Assembly: GCA_030141605.1 (NCBI GenBank)
Contig: JAQGDQ010001936.1
Span: 1 to 20,245, forward strand
Direction: 5' to 3'
DNA from: Tubiluchus corallicola
Taxonomy: Eukaryota; Animalia; Priapulida
DNA length: 20,245 nt
Shown here: positions 19,604 through 20,245 of the stretch, in pieces
Layout: each line of letters opens with the position of its first letter
Numbering within the stretch: position 1 is the first letter of the stretch
Translations under genes and position numbers: made by a program
The notes under the pieces: model-generated
The model's database searches: none
What the model saw: the letters and a program-made list of their open reading frames with translations, nothing else
What the model was told of the DNA's origin: nothing

Positions 19604-20245
19604 AGGTTGACTGACTTTTCAGCTGAGTTGTCTTAAATAAAAAATCAGCTAAGTCAGCTAAAGCTACGAATTTTTGTTAACTAAATAAATGATAAATTGT
19701 TAACTGTTAAATTATGGAGACAATTTTTTTATAATAATTCGTGTTGCTTTTACACAGAAAAAAGCTGATATACAAATTCAGATAATGCATCAGATATTAA
19801 TTTTTATTACTATAAAAAGTAATGGATTTATTGCAAGATATAATTTAAATGCAACTCTTGGCGAGGCTTATCTTGATTACTGACGAATCAATACCAAAAT
19901 AATCCCATACATGTGACTAACGTTGCCTATTTGTACATTTAATTTTGAATTGACCAGTTTTCTTTTCCAAAAATTTCTAAAATTTAGCATCTCTGCCAGC
20001 GCACACACAATTTGGCCACGAAACAGCATTGCATTTGCCCTATTTAAAAAAAAGAGATTCACAGTGTCACATGAATATCGCAAGAGGGAAAATCTTCGCA
20101 GTTAGCCAAAAATGTCGTCTAGCTCGACTCCCATCACTGAGCGGCTGGCGCGACTGAAGCCAAGTTTCTTATCGGCCAGGTTGACTGTAGAAATAAACCG
20201 GCTGGAGCTCAGCTGAAACGGTGCGGCTCTGGGTTCTAGATATGT

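Larger units (their letters stand above)
16266..19967 (+). repeat. Segmental duplicate of ~4013-6968 (exons 3-5 and introns)
   Basis: Near-identical exon and intron sequence interrupted by discrete indels. Confidence 0.95.

Noticed and set aside
19345-19636. Ser/Ala-rich repeat ORFs
   Set aside because: 60-bp period inside an intron, collapsed to one unit in the paralog, no splice support

Overview
Eukaryotic, AT-rich, probably invertebrate animal DNA carrying two tandem, same-strand, spliced cytochrome P450 genes of the CYP2 clan. Copy 1 has exons 3-7 in the window (4320-9284, across an 81-N gap). Copy 2 has exons 1-5 (12887-18092) and runs off the end. Combining the two gives a 7-exon, 515-aa model with all core P450 motifs. 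The two copies are near-identical over about 3 kb, including introns. The first 3.5 kb is a head-to-tail array of two different units (B-A-A-A-B) whose ends look like Helitron termini (5' TC; 3' hairpin + CTAG). Other notable structure: an inverted pair of ~330-bp elements bracketing exon 2 of copy 2; a 60-bp AP-1/ARE-like minisatellite present once in copy 1 and five times in copy 2; amino-acid changes between the paralogs concentrated in exon 4; a 39-bp palindromic VNTR upstream of copy 2; a fold-back minisatellite; and a MITE. Almost all ORFs in the supplied track are repeat-derived or are exon fragments. No prokaryotic-type system (CRISPR, operon, RNA gene) is supported.
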